DNA of 64,000 bases, taken from positions 160,001-224,000 of the forward strand of contig JAHPZA010000010.1 in assembly GCA_019058445.1 (NCBI GenBank), in the 5' to 3' direction. The notes beneath the pieces were generated by a model, which was given only the letters and a program-made list of their open reading frames with translations, had not been told where the DNA came from and did no database searches. Shown here piece by piece: positions 40,127-50,745 of this stretch (the first letter of the stretch is position 1; each line of letters begins with the position of its first letter). The position numbers were made by a program, and so were the translations under genes. Source of the stretch: Promethearchaeota archaeon. GTDB lineage: Archaea > Asgardarchaeota > Lokiarchaeia > Sigyniarchaeales > SOKP01.

Positions 40127-40269
40127 AACTTATCCGAAATTTTTCTTTGAATTTAAATAAATATTTTCTATTGTTAAAATATTTCGAAAAACAAAACCTT
40201 CAAGATAAATAACAATGAGACTATAAAAAAATTGCTTGCTCAGATTTTACTACCTAAATCTTTCAATTG

Positions 40270-41322
40270 TTAATTTATAATTAGATTTTTTATACCAATT
40301 ATTAATCCTAACCCCCAAGCGAATCCACGCATATGATGGAGCAATATTGTTTCTAAAAATGTTTTAATTTTATTTTTTTTAGAATAAGCAGCAGTTTGAT
40401 ATGCTGGAATAAGTCCATATATAAATAATAAAATGATTGTTATTAATATAAGCCAAAACCAAATAAATATTAAATTATTAAAAAGTAAATTCGAGAATAG
40501 GGGTAAAAGAAAAATATTATATAACAAAAACATGATAAATAACAAAATTCCTGAAGACATTAAAAATAAATAAAGAAAAGGTAAAATGTATATATCATAA
40601 GGAAAATACCAAGTAGAATTGAATTTATTACGGAGAGAAGTTTTAAAATGATGCTTTGAAACTCTACAATATGCCGTTCCGTCTCGGATACCTTTACGAA
40701 TCAATCTACAAAAACCACCATCTGCTACATGATATGTTATAGCATCATTTACTTTAAGGATTTTATAACCATTTTCAATAGCTATAAATGATATTTCAGC
40801 ATCTTCTCCGTAGACCCATTCAGGATCAAATCCATTAATTTCGTCTAATAGTTTTCTTCGAAACATTGAACAAGGACCACCAGCCCATACAACCTCCTCC
40901 TTTTTAATATTATTGTATCGTCTTGAGAATTCGAGACTTCTATAAATAGAACTAAATCTATCGTCAGTTCTAAATATTGTTGTACCCCCAACTATACCAA
41001 CTTTATCATCTCTAAAACCTTTTAATAGATTTTTAGTCCATAATGGATCTAATTCACAATCTCCATCCGTAAATGCTATAAATTTACCTGATGAGTTTTT
41101 ATAACCGAGATTTCTTGCATTGGAAATTCCTAATTTTTCTTTTATTAGTTTAATGGGATATTTTCTAATTATTTCAACGGTTCGGTCTTGAGAACCTCCA
41201 TCTATTACAATTATTTCTTTATTAGGATAGTCTTGATTTATAATTGACTCAATTGTCATTCCAATAGTATTCTCCATGTTTTTAACGCCAATTACATAAC
41301 TAACTAATGGTTCTTCGCTTAT
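40270..41322 (-). CDS. Glycosyltransferase family 2 with C-terminal TM helices (start extended to ATA at 41322)
   Basis: Motifs IDGGSQD, ARNLG, FTDGDC, GFDP and GEDAE. The first strand (PLVSYVIGVKN) lies upstream of the listed ATG at 41277. Confidence 0.88.
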   Translation of the reverse strand: MSEEPLVSYVIGVKNMENTIGMTIESIINQDYPNKEIIVIDGGSQDRTVEIIRKYPIKLIKEKLGISNARNLGYKNSSGKFIAFTDGDCELDPLWTKNLLKGFRDDKVGIVGGTTIFRTDDRFSSIYRSLEFSRRYNNIKKEEVVWAGGPCSMFRRKLLDEINGFDPEWVYGEDAEISFIAIENGYKILKVNDAITYHVADGGFCRLIRKGIRDGTAYCRVSKHHFKTSLRNKFNSTWYFPYDIYILPFLYLFLMSSGILLFIMFLLYNIFLLPLFSNLLFNNLIFIWFWLILITIILLFIYGLIPAYQTAAYSKKNKIKTFLETILLHHMRGFAWGLGLIIGIKNLIIN

Positions 41323-41765
41323 TTAAAACACCTATTAGTATATTTTTAACATACTTTTGTTAATACTAAACAAATTTGATTTCCACGATGTTTCGTAAAA
41401 AAGGTATCCATTAATTTAACCTAACTCGACTGTAAATTGATTGACTATTTTCAATTCTTCCCTCTGAAATATTTTTTCTACATGACGGAATTCACATATA
41501 TCGGATGAAGTATATTTTTTCATCATGATTATGAGATATTTTGTAGATTCATACTTCAAAACCTCTATTTCTTAATTCTTTAACTATAGTTTATGTAATT
41601 TTATCAAGCTCTACAGACACAAGAAATTTCATCGTTTAATTAAAGATGTAAAGAATTATTGTATAATAATTTACTTGTGAGTATTATTAAATATTAATTT
41701 TTTGAATAAATAATTTTAGGGGGTTGATGATTTACACTTTTTAGATAAATTATATGAGAAAACAA

Positions 41766-42569
41766 TTATGGTAAAACTCTTTTTATTTTTAATTTCTTCA
41801 TTTTACAAACAGTAATACAAGAATAAATTGCTTTATTAATTCTAATTATTTAAATATGGTATGAATTCTATTCTTTTTTATTTATCATAGTCGGAAATTC
41901 TAAGATTCTATAGATTTTATATAAAGTTTTAAATAACATTTCCGTGCAAAATCAAATCCTTTATAAATCATACCATCAAATATCTCTAAGCATCCTTTAG
42001 AAAAATTTCGATAATTTCTTTGATTATTTGAAAATTTTTGATGAAAAAGGAACCATAACCATTTCATTATGATAAATTCTCTAAAACGAGTATGAAAAGG
42101 TACCTAATATTCACTATTACCTAAATATTTTAAACTAGCTACTATCTCTGCTTCAATATTGATAATCGGTTTAAATAATTTTAATATTAACTTAGGATTG
42201 TGTTGTTCATCTGGGTTTAATATATTGGTGATATTTCCTATAGTTTATCGAATGTCTGATAATAATCTTGCGCAATAACCTTTATTTTTATAATGCTGGA
42301 TGAATTAGATATTTTGATTTTTAAAATCTTGTATTTTTTTGACACAATCATCAAAACAGCTATCATAAACGACAAAAATTTCATTTTTGTAATGGTTAGG
42401 GATTCTATGAGGCAGATTCTTGATTGAATTTTCCTCATAAAATGCTAGTATTACGAGAAAGAGTAATACATTTTCATTGTTAATTTAATTAGTATTTTGG
42501 GTATTTATTTTGTAGCATCCGATGTCTTTTATCACTATTTCTCTCAAATAATTAATCTTGGACATTCAT
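41766..42569 (-). pseudogene. Pseudogenised duplicate of the DPM1-like GT2 gene at 45505..46374
   Basis: Manual translation MNVQD*...IPNHYKNEIFVV...HYKNKGY...DEQHNP...YLGNSEY*VPFHTR...NNQ.NYR.F...CTEMLFK...MKKLKI is colinear with the intact gene but has several stops and frameshifts. Confidence 0.88.
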
Positions 42570-42595
42570 ATTTGCTTTCTATATTAGGATTTTTG
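42556..42595. repeat. Duplicated 5' end and upstream region shared with 46361..46400
   Basis: Exact 16-mer tcttggacattcatat (42556-42571 = 46361-46376) and exact 15-mer atattaggatttttg (42581-42595 = 46386-46400), with the same 9-nt spacing. Confidence 0.85.
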
Positions 42596-42852
42596 TATTC
42601 TAAATTATTATAATATAATTTACGGTAAGCATTTATCGGTAATCTAGTTTATTAATTATTTACTGCCTTTTGTATATAATTAAATCTAAGTTTTGCAGAT
42701 TTGTCAATCTTGACAAATGTGAAATTGAATTAAGTTTTTAGATAAATTTCTAAAATTATTTAAGTATTTCGAAAGTATCAATAATTAATAAAAATGAAGA
42801 AATTGAAAAAAATAGTCTTATTTATATTTTCAATTTTTTGTGGGACATTTAA

Positions 42853-45408
42853 ATGTATAGAAATTTAAGCAGTAGTATTTTTATTTTGATATTTACACCT
42901 TTCTTTTTGATTTGTTGGATTTATATATACTTAATTCCAATGGGATTAAAAGTATCATATGTGTTATTAGTAGGTTTTGCGGTTTTAATTATTGGGTTTT
43001 ATGCTTTCGTTAATTTAAATCAAGAGGATGGGAGCGTTATCCTATTTAAGATAAAGGGATTATCTGAAAACCATTTAAAGATTTTTTTATTTATAACAAT
43101 GATTATTGCAAGCTTTATCCCTCCAACTTTAGGGTCAAAAACAGTAATTTTGTGGAGTCGAGTTAGTTTTTTGAATTATTTTAAAGCTATAGTTTTTATT
43201 ATCGGATGTGCTTTCCTTCCCGGTGCTAATATATACAGTTCTTTTTTTCATAAAAAAAATTTACATGAGCATTTTAAGGTTGAATCTTATTTCTTAAAAT
43301 TAACTCTTTATCCCCTTTTGTCGTTTTCTTTTATCGGAGTAATAGTTTTATTACTCGATCAACTTAATTTTACCCGCGAACTAATTTTGTTTCATTTAAT
43401 CTTTTATATTACCATCTTATTCTTTTTTGATTTAATAAAATCGAGAATTAGAAACCATAGTATTAATTATACAAAAAAACCAATAAAGATCTCAAAAAAT
43501 TCTACTATAATTCATATTTTTACATTGGGTATATCATTAATTTCTATAGGTTTTTTTTTTAAGACTTTATATCTCATTTCGAGTGATAGTTGGACAGGTT
43601 TGCATATAGTTTATTATATTGGAGATCCAAACTTAAATCCTATAGAAGATAAAATTTATTTTGAGAATTATCCTATTTTTTGGAGTTATATTATTTATGG
43701 TTTAAGCATTTTAAGCGGATTACCTTATATTAATGTGAACGCTATGTTAGCCCCTTTTTGTTATTTATTTGTTACTACAATGTATCTATTAATAAAGGGA
43801 ATATTATATGATTTTGAAGAAAAATATGCAGTATTATCTACTATTTTTGTCTCAACTTTTTCAAATCTAAATTTTCTCTTTTCTAATTATACAGGTAATA
43901 TTGATAGAGTGGGATTGATAGTAATATGCGAATTTTATTTCATCTATAAAAGTTTTTCATATTGCTTATTATTTTTTTCATTGGCTTTATTTGTGGTTTT
44001 AATAAATAATGATGATGATAGTAATTTTAGTTTCAAACAACTTTTCAGAAATGAAATTTATAAGTATTTAATTTTAATTTCTTTTCTATTAATTGTCTCT
44101 TATATGACTTATATGTTCCCTCTATTACTGGGAATTCTGTTGATTTTTATTTTTAGCATTTTTTTAAATAAAAGAAAAAATTTTCAAAATTTCTACTATT
44201 ATTCTCTCTTATATTTCCTTTTGGTAATACTTTTCATAGTGTTCGATGTTCTAATGAATTATTATCTTAGTATCTCTTTAATTTTTAGATTTTTAATCTT
44301 TTATAAAATAGAAGAAATAATTAAACTAGAAGAAACTATGTCTTGGCAATATTTAGTATATTCCTTTTTATTAGTGACTTATATGATTAGTTCAAGCTTT
44401 CTTTATTTCTACTCTAAGATTTATAATATATTATGGAAAAAAGAAAGAAAGGATTTTTCCAATAATTTTAATTCTAAGAATAAAATAAAGACATATTTCA
44501 GAGTAGGAATATTTATTTTTTCAATTCTTTTAATAATTGAAATAATTAGTAAAATATATGAATTTATTTTTGGTTTTGATAAATTTAGAAGGAATTACTT
44601 CTTTTTCTTCTATTTAGATACATTAATTCTAAGCTTTGGCGTTATTGGTATCAGCGCAGTATATTTATCGTATTTTTTTTTTAAAAAAAATAAAAAAATA
44701 TTTATACTGTTAACATTTTGGATTTTTTTAACATTTTCGATTGCATTTTTACTTCTTATAAGAGCTAACATAGAATATTCCAATAAACTTCCCAAAACTA
44801 TCCCATTTAGAGATTATCATCTAGCTATTACTTGGTTTGAACGAATTTGGTTTTACTCTATTCCACCGTTATGTATTATCTCATCAATAGGAGTATTTGA
44901 TGTAGTAAAGAAGCTAAAAGCTTACAAAATTTTTAAGAACTATAAGTATTCGAAACCATGTTTTAAACATATCACATTCTGCTTTTTAATTTTTTTAGTA
45001 CTCTCTGGTTTGATTACATCTGGAATGTGGTATGGGAGTGATAAATATAGAGTAAGAAATAATAAAATTAGAATAATTGGATATGTGTCTGAAAATATAC
45101 CTCATAAGTCGAAAATTCTAACAGAGGATGACCCTCATATAATGCAGGGCTTATATTCAATGACATCATGTAGACCATTTAAAATAAGCGAACATATTAA
45201 AGAAGAATATAATGAAATACAACTAAATGATAGAATTCAGAGTTTTAAAAATCATGAAATTAAGTATCTAATCGTCTCCGAAGATTTATTGTCTCAAACC
45301 ACTAATGTATCTAGATTTATTAAAAATCGTTTAATTCCAGAGTTTTATAATGAAACTGAATATGAAACTAGTGACTGGACGATATACTATGCTCCCTATT
45401 TTGAATAA
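42853..45408 (+). CDS. Large polytopic membrane protein, putative GT-C glycosyltransferase (STT3/PMT-like architecture)
   Basis: Many TM segments, AFLPGA, loop SSDSW...YPIFW, and a C-terminal soluble domain (YVSENIP..SKILT, IKYLIV) typical of GT-C proteins. Confidence 0.55.
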   Translation: MYRNLSSSIFILIFTPFFLICWIYIYLIPMGLKVSYVLLVGFAVLIIGFYAFVNLNQEDGSVILFKIKGLSENHLKIFLFITMIIASFIPPTLGSKTVILWSRVSFLNYFKAIVFIIGCAFLPGANIYSSFFHKKNLHEHFKVESYFLKLTLYPLLSFSFIGVIVLLLDQLNFTRELILFHLIFYITILFFFDLIKSRIRNHSINYTKKPIKISKNSTIIHIFTLGISLISIGFFFKTLYLISSDSWTGLHIVYYIGDPNLNPIEDKIYFENYPIFWSYIIYGLSILSGLPYINVNAMLAPFCYLFVTTMYLLIKGILYDFEEKYAVLSTIFVSTFSNLNFLFSNYTGNIDRVGLIVICEFYFIYKSFSYCLLFFSLALFVVLINNDDDSNFSFKQLFRNEIYKYLILISFLLIVSYMTYMFPLLLGILLIFIFSIFLNKRKNFQNFYYYSLLYFLLVILFIVFDVLMNYYLSISLIFRFLIFYKIEEIIKLEETMSWQYLVYSFLLVTYMISSSFLYFYSKIYNILWKKERKDFSNNFNSKNKIKTYFRVGIFIFSILLIIEIISKIYEFIFGFDKFRRNYFFFFYLDTLILSFGVIGISAVYLSYFFFKKNKKIFILLTFWIFLTFSIAFLLLIRANIEYSNKLPKTIPFRDYHLAITWFERIWFYSIPPLCIISSIGVFDVVKKLKAYKIFKNYKYSKPCFKHITFCFLIFLVLSGLITSGMWYGSDKYRVRNNKIRIIGYVSENIPHKSKILTEDDPHIMQGLYSMTSCRPFKISEHIKEEYNEIQLNDRIQSFKNHEIKYLIVSEDLLSQTTNVSRFIKNRLIPEFYNETEYETSDWTIYYAPYFE

Positions 45409-45504
45409 CTTGTAATTTAAATCTCATATAATTTCACTTACTACTAATTTTTTAAAGTAGAATAAAAACCTTAGATGTATAAAGTAGAGATTAAATGAAG
45501 TTAT

Positions 45505-46374
45505 TTAAAATATTTTTTTAAGATAATCCAATATAATAGGATATAACCTAAGGGTAATTTTTTTAGGGAATATTCTATTTATTTTTAACTTCTTCATTGT
45601 ATAAAATACTATACAAGAAGCAATTGCTTTTATAATTCGGAGTATTTGAACATAAGAAGTGCCATGTTGTCGTTTATATATCGTAATAGGAACCTCAGTA
45701 ATTCTAAAGTTTTTGTATGAAGCTTTAAACAATATTTCAGTACAAAACCCAAATCCAGTGTGAATCATGTCTTCAAATATTAGCTGACAGTCTCTTGTAA
45801 ATGCTCTATACCCACTTTGATTATTACCTACTTTTTGATTAAACACTAACCATAGGCAATTTCTAACAACAAATTCTCCAACTCGTGTATGTAAGGGTAC
45901 TCTATACTGACTTTTACCTAAATATCGTGAACCAACAACAATATCTGCTTTATTCTTAATTATAGGTTTAATCAGTTTAGGAATTTCCTCAGGATTATGT
46001 TGTCCATCTGAGTCCAATGTTATTATAATATCTCCTTTAGCTTGTTTGATTCCAGTTAATAATGCTGCTCCATACCCTCTGTTTTTGAAGTGTTTGATTA
46101 ATTTGATATTGCGATCCTCAATTTCATTTATTCTCTCAACACTATTATCAGATGATCCGTCATCGACTACAATTATTTCCTTTTTATGATGATTAGGAAT
46201 TTTAGAAATAACTTCCTTAATGGTGGTCTCTTCATTAAAAACGGGAATTATAACAGATACTAATAAATTATCGTCTATAAAAGAATCCGAATATTTATCT
46301 TCTATTATTTCTAATTTGAAATCTTGTTCGATATTTAGAGCCTTATTCTCTAACAATGATTCTTGGACATTCAT
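45505..46374 (-). CDS. GT2, DPM1/AglD-like polyprenol-phosphate glycosyltransferase
   Basis: Motifs VSVIIPVFNEE, VDDGSSD, NRGYGAAL, LDSDGQHNP, VVGSRY, NQSGYRAF and EVPI. Confidence 0.9.
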   Translation of the reverse strand: MNVQESLLENKALNIEQDFKLEIIEDKYSDSFIDDNLLVSVIIPVFNEETTIKEVISKIPNHHKKEIIVVDDGSSDNSVERINEIEDRNIKLIKHFKNRGYGAALLTGIKQAKGDIIITLDSDGQHNPEEIPKLIKPIIKNKADIVVGSRYLGKSQYRVPLHTRVGEFVVRNCLWLVFNQKVGNNQSGYRAFTRDCQLIFEDMIHTGFGFCTEILFKASYKNFRITEVPITIYKRQHGTSYVQILRIIKAIASCIVFYTMKKLKINRIFPKKITLRLYPIILDYLKKIF

Positions 46375-46647
46375 ATGAGCATTTAATATTAGGATTTTTG
46401 CACTTTAAAATGTTATGCAATTGTTTAAAATATTATGGATCGAAACTCTCGTTTTATAATATTCTATTATATATGCCTAATATTTAATACTTATGATTTT
46501 ACATGTCTGTATATTATAAAAACAAGAGGGATTTTTTTGAAATAATCGAAATCTTTATTTCTAATAAGATAAACTTAGGTTATATTTTGCGAATTAATTT
46601 CCAAACAACTAATTTAAGAAGAAGTGTTATAATTAGTTCAATTGGAT

Positions 46648-47925
46648 TCAATTATTTTGTTGAAATGGGAGAATTTGTGGTCCATTTGGCAAGATTAAGA
46701 TTTTTGCTTCATTTCCATGCTTATTTAAACTCACTTCAATTGCCTCTTCAACAGAATTAGCGTATTTTAACCCAATATTGCCAATTTCGTCCTTAGTTAA
46801 TTTGGAAACTATATAGATCTCAGCTTTCATCATTATCCTTGTTAAAACTTGGATTTCCCATTGATCAGGAATAATGATTTCTTTGTTTAGGATTTGGTTA
46901 TAGATTGTTTTAGGAGTCTTACCCGAATAAATTAATTGTTTAAAATTATCGTGTCCAATACCATCAGAAAGTTCATTAACAGAAATGATCGTTCCATTTT
47001 TCTTTACAGCCAATTCTCCTATGGCCATGCTTTTCACTGCCTGGTAAAGATTAAGATCTAAAGGGTATCCTCCATTCCCGCAAATTACAATGTCATACGG
47101 TTCTGCGATTTCTTTAAATACTGTAGTAAATTGGTAATTTACGAGTTGTTCATGAACGGCCTCCAAATCACCGGAAGCAACTTGCGTGATTTCATGATTT
47201 TCATTAATACACACATTCATTACGAAATCAGCTCCAATTAATTTCGATATTTCCATGGAAATTTTATGCATTGGATTTTTCTTATAGATCCCAAAGCGAG
47301 CATAAGGAGAGGCAATGTTTTCAGCAGAATGATTCGCTTGTATAGTTTCTTCACCAGCTATTCCTGGAACAATAGATTTTCTACCCCCAGAAAAGCCTAA
47401 GAAAAAATGAGGCTCAACATAGCCGGTTAGGATCTTTAAATCGCTTTCACAGTAATGTTTGTTTATATAGATTGGAATATTATCTGAGGTATCTCCGAAA
47501 TACTTCTGCGAATCTTTATCAGTTGCATCATGATCTATTACTTTCAACCGGCTCCTTAAATCTTTACCTAGTATTCTAATTATTTCTTCCTCGCGAGATT
47601 GACGGTGGAGTCCTGTCGCAAATAAGATTAATATTTTGTCGTCTTGTATTCCATATTCATTTAATTTTTTAATTAAGCCCTCAAGGATTATATGAGAAGG
47701 CACAGGACGCGTAGCGTCATTGACCACTATACAGACCCTATTTATTTCCTTTTTTTTTTTAATAATATCGTTTAAAGGAAGGCATCCAATTGGATTCTCT
47801 ATTGAATTCATTATTTTTTGAACAGGATTTTTTATAACTACTTGCTCCTTTGGATGGATGATTGTAACATTCCAAGAGGGATCAATTCCAATTTCCAATC
47901 CTTCTTCACCATAATCAAATTTCAT
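46648..47925 (-). CDS. larA: Nickel-pincer-dependent lactate racemase family protein
   Basis: Motifs DATRP, ATGLHR, DHD, EPHFFLGFSGGRK and NLYQAVK. Confidence 0.9.
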   Translation of the reverse strand: MKFDYGEEGLEIGIDPSWNVTIIHPKEQVVIKNPVQKIMNSIENPIGCLPLNDIIKKKKEINRVCIVVNDATRPVPSHIILEGLIKKLNEYGIQDDKILILFATGLHRQSREEEIIRILGKDLRSRLKVIDHDATDKDSQKYFGDTSDNIPIYINKHYCESDLKILTGYVEPHFFLGFSGGRKSIVPGIAGEETIQANHSAENIASPYARFGIYKKNPMHKISMEISKLIGADFVMNVCINENHEITQVASGDLEAVHEQLVNYQFTTVFKEIAEPYDIVICGNGGYPLDLNLYQAVKSMAIGELAVKKNGTIISVNELSDGIGHDNFKQLIYSGKTPKTIYNQILNKEIIIPDQWEIQVLTRIMMKAEIYIVSKLTKDEIGNIGLKYANSVEEAIEVSLNKHGNEAKILILPNGPQILPFQQNN

Positions 47926-47937
47926 TGGTGTTTTACC

Positions 47938-49677
47938 TCAATTTGAATTATGAATAATCTCTCGAGCTTTTTCGAAAATTTGGTAGGTTTCAACGCCCGC
48001 AGGACATTTTTCCATGCAAAGACCGCATAGAGTACATGAATGAAAAATATCATTAATTAAACTAGTTAGCTTGAGATCGTCATAGACTAATCCATATAAA
48101 ATACCCAATCTCCCTCGTGGGCTATATGCCTCCGATTTATAATTAATTCTCGAGGGACAGGTTGCTATACAAAATCCACATCCCATACAATTTAGTTCTA
48201 AGATTTTATCTTTTTGATTTTTTAATCTCCTTAGTATTTTGGTTGTTTTAATGGGAATTCCATCAGCTTTACCTTGTCCGGGATTCAAAATCATATTTGG
48301 ATCAAATAGTCGTTTCAAGTTGTACATAATATCTAAAACTTTTGGATCGTGCTCTAACTGGAGATAATGTGTTTTAATTTTTCCAATTCCATGTTCACCG
48401 GTTATAGTTCCACCAACAGGAGTAATAACCATTGTATATAAGTAACTTAAAGCAACATGATAATTTTCTACGTCATTTTCATTATTTTCATTGAATAAGA
48501 AAGTAGGGTGTAGATTTCCCTCCATATGTCCGAAAGTTGCAATTTTAATATTTGGTAGGTTTAATTTTTCAGGGATTATTTCTATCTCTTTGACAACTTT
48601 CGCAAAATCAGTTATTTGAATGGTACAATCCTCTAAACAGGCTGTGGGACTAATCCTCGCCAAAGCTGGTAAAGCATTTTTTCGAGCTGTTATTAATTCC
48701 TCTCGTTCCTCATAATCAGAAGCAATCTTATGCAGGATGGGTTCCCTTTCAAGCAGAATATCATTTAATTTTGAGAAATTTTCACTGATTTCTTTTTCAT
48801 TGTTCCCATCAATTTCAGCTAAGAGAACATAACCTTTTGGATAATTCTCAAATTCCCCACCTAAATATTCAAACACTGCCTGTGTAGTAAGCCGATCTAA
48901 AAATTCTAGTAAATTAGGTATAATACCTTCTTTTCTTAGTTTAATAACGGACTGACTAATATCTTCAATATTTTTAAAAATATAGAAGCCAAGTTTCCTT
49001 CTCTTTGGCAATGGTTTTATTCTTAATCCTATTTTAGTAATAATTCCCAAAGTTCCCTCTGAACCTACAATTAAATCTTTTAAATTATAAGAAGAAACCG
49101 ATTTAAGAACTTTTGAACCTAAATTTATGATCTCCCCATTTGCGAGAATCATTTCTAAATATAAGACATAATCTTTTGTCACTCCGTATTTAAAGGCTTG
49201 AACTCCTCCTGAATTGGTAGCGACCATTCCTCCGACGGTACAAACTGTACTAGACGCGGGATCTGGAGGGAAAAAATATCCAAAATCTTTTAATTTTTCA
49301 TTTAGATCATCGCAAATTACTCCCGGTTCTACTTCTACTAAATTATTCTCAATATCAATAGAAATGATTTTATTCATTGCGCTTAAATCGAGGATGATTC
49401 CTCCATAAGCGCTTTTGGACCCGGCGGATAAGCTAGTACCGCTTCCTCTAGGGGTAATAGGAATTAGATATTCATTGGCTAATTTGACAATCTCTGAAAT
49501 TTGTTTAGCAGTTTGGGGCATGAGGATTAGTTCAGGAATCCACTCTTTTTCAAAAATAGTACTTCCAAAAGCATAACTCCATCTTATTTCATAATCTGAA
49601 AAGCAATTAGTTTCTCCAATGATTTCCTTAAACTTCTGTAGGAGTTCATCGGTAATTTTCTGATAACATGAAGTCAT
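47938..49677 (-). CDS. FAD-linked 2-hydroxyacid dehydrogenase (GlcD/D-lactate dehydrogenase-like) fused to a 2x[4Fe-4S] domain
   Basis: Motifs PRGSGTS, FPPDP, GGMVATNSGG, GSEGTLGII, GNLH and GEHGIG; CMGCGFCIATC and CTLCGLCMEKC. Confidence 0.9.
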   Translation of the reverse strand: MTSCYQKITDELLQKFKEIIGETNCFSDYEIRWSYAFGSTIFEKEWIPELILMPQTAKQISEIVKLANEYLIPITPRGSGTSLSAGSKSAYGGIILDLSAMNKIISIDIENNLVEVEPGVICDDLNEKLKDFGYFFPPDPASSTVCTVGGMVATNSGGVQAFKYGVTKDYVLYLEMILANGEIINLGSKVLKSVSSYNLKDLIVGSEGTLGIITKIGLRIKPLPKRRKLGFYIFKNIEDISQSVIKLRKEGIIPNLLEFLDRLTTQAVFEYLGGEFENYPKGYVLLAEIDGNNEKEISENFSKLNDILLEREPILHKIASDYEEREELITARKNALPALARISPTACLEDCTIQITDFAKVVKEIEIIPEKLNLPNIKIATFGHMEGNLHPTFLFNENNENDVENYHVALSYLYTMVITPVGGTITGEHGIGKIKTHYLQLEHDPKVLDIMYNLKRLFDPNMILNPGQGKADGIPIKTTKILRRLKNQKDKILELNCMGCGFCIATCPSRINYKSEAYSPRGRLGILYGLVYDDLKLTSLINDIFHSCTLCGLCMEKCPAGVETYQIFEKAREIIHNSN

Positions 49678-49812
49678 AGCTAAGATCTATTTTGTACAAT
49701 ATTTATTATTTTAAACAATTCTGGCTTAAAATTATTACTTATTATGAATATTAGATACTTCTATTTTAAATGAATTAAAATTATTTAAAATTCACTCGAA
49801 TCAAAAACAATT

Positions 49813-50745
49813 TTATATAGAGTGAGTTTTCATATACTGCAATCCATCATCTAAACTATAAACTTTTAATTCTGAGCCGAGGAGTGTTTTAAGTTTGCTG
49901 ATATCTAATCCCGCATTTTTGGGACGTACTGCTTGCTGCTTTAGAGATGCTAAGGGGGAGATTAATGATTTATTAAGATTAAAAACATCCGCACAATGAA
50001 TAGCCATCTCATATCTATTTATAGCCCCATCTCCTGCTGTATGGTATATTCCTGTTGCCTCTTTTTCAATGAGTTTTAAAATTATTTCCGCTAAATTTTT
50101 CACAAATGTTGGAGAGTTTATTTGAGTAGTTACAATGGAAATTGGTTCATCTAGTTCCAATTTCTTTAAAATCCAAGTTATAAAATTTAATTTGGATTTA
50201 TTCCAGCCATATAAGACAGCAGTTCTGCAGATAAGATAATCGAGATTTGAATTAATAATTGCTAATTCGGCATCATATTTTGTTTTGGCATAAAATGAAA
50301 GCGGATTTGGAGTATCAGTTTCATTATATAATCCCTCTTTTTTAGTCCCATCAAATACAAAATCAGTAGACATAAAAATTAGTTTTGAATCAGCTGTTTG
50401 ACATGCTTTAATTACATTTTGAGGGCCCTCAGTATTTATTTTTTTAGCTAACTCTTTATTCACTTCGCATTCATCAACATCGGTCATCGCAGCTGTAAGT
50501 AGGGTAATGTCCGGAGATATATTTATTATTTTCTTTACAGCATCATCTGCATTGGTAATATCAATATGATAAAAAGGCATTTTAGGATTAATATTTGAAT
50601 TGGATATGTCAGCGGTAACAAAATGAAATTGATTTTCGGATGTTTCGTATTCCTCTTTGAATCGGAGTAAATTTGTGCCTAAGAATCCATTAGCACCAAT
50701 AATCAATATTTTCAAGGTATCATCTGTTAAGGTATTGTTTTTCAT
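49813..50745 (-). CDS. rmlD: dTDP-4-dehydrorhamnose reductase
   Basis: Motifs GANGFLG, AAMTDVDECE, STDFVFDG, YAKTK and SPT. Confidence 0.92.
   Translation of the reverse strand: MKNNTLTDDTLKILIIGANGFLGTNLLRFKEEYETSENQFHFVTADISNSNINPKMPFYHIDITNADDAVKKIINISPDITLLTAAMTDVDECEVNKELAKKINTEGPQNVIKACQTADSKLIFMSTDFVFDGTKKEGLYNETDTPNPLSFYAKTKYDAELAIINSNLDYLICRTAVLYGWNKSKLNFITWILKKLELDEPISIVTTQINSPTFVKNLAEIILKLIEKEATGIYHTAGDGAINRYEMAIHCADVFNLNKSLISPLASLKQQAVRPKNAGLDISKLKTLLGSELKVYSLDDGLQYMKTHSI

Noticed and set aside
41340-41700. Possible GT4-like remnant (IVKELRNRGFEV) upstream of the GT2 gene, and a similar long spacer at 35104-35543
   Set aside because: Only one short peptide resemblance, with no colinear homology visible.
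42238-42438. 66-aa ORF from the track
   Set aside because: It is an off-frame reading inside the GT2 pseudogene; the homologous frame is a different one.
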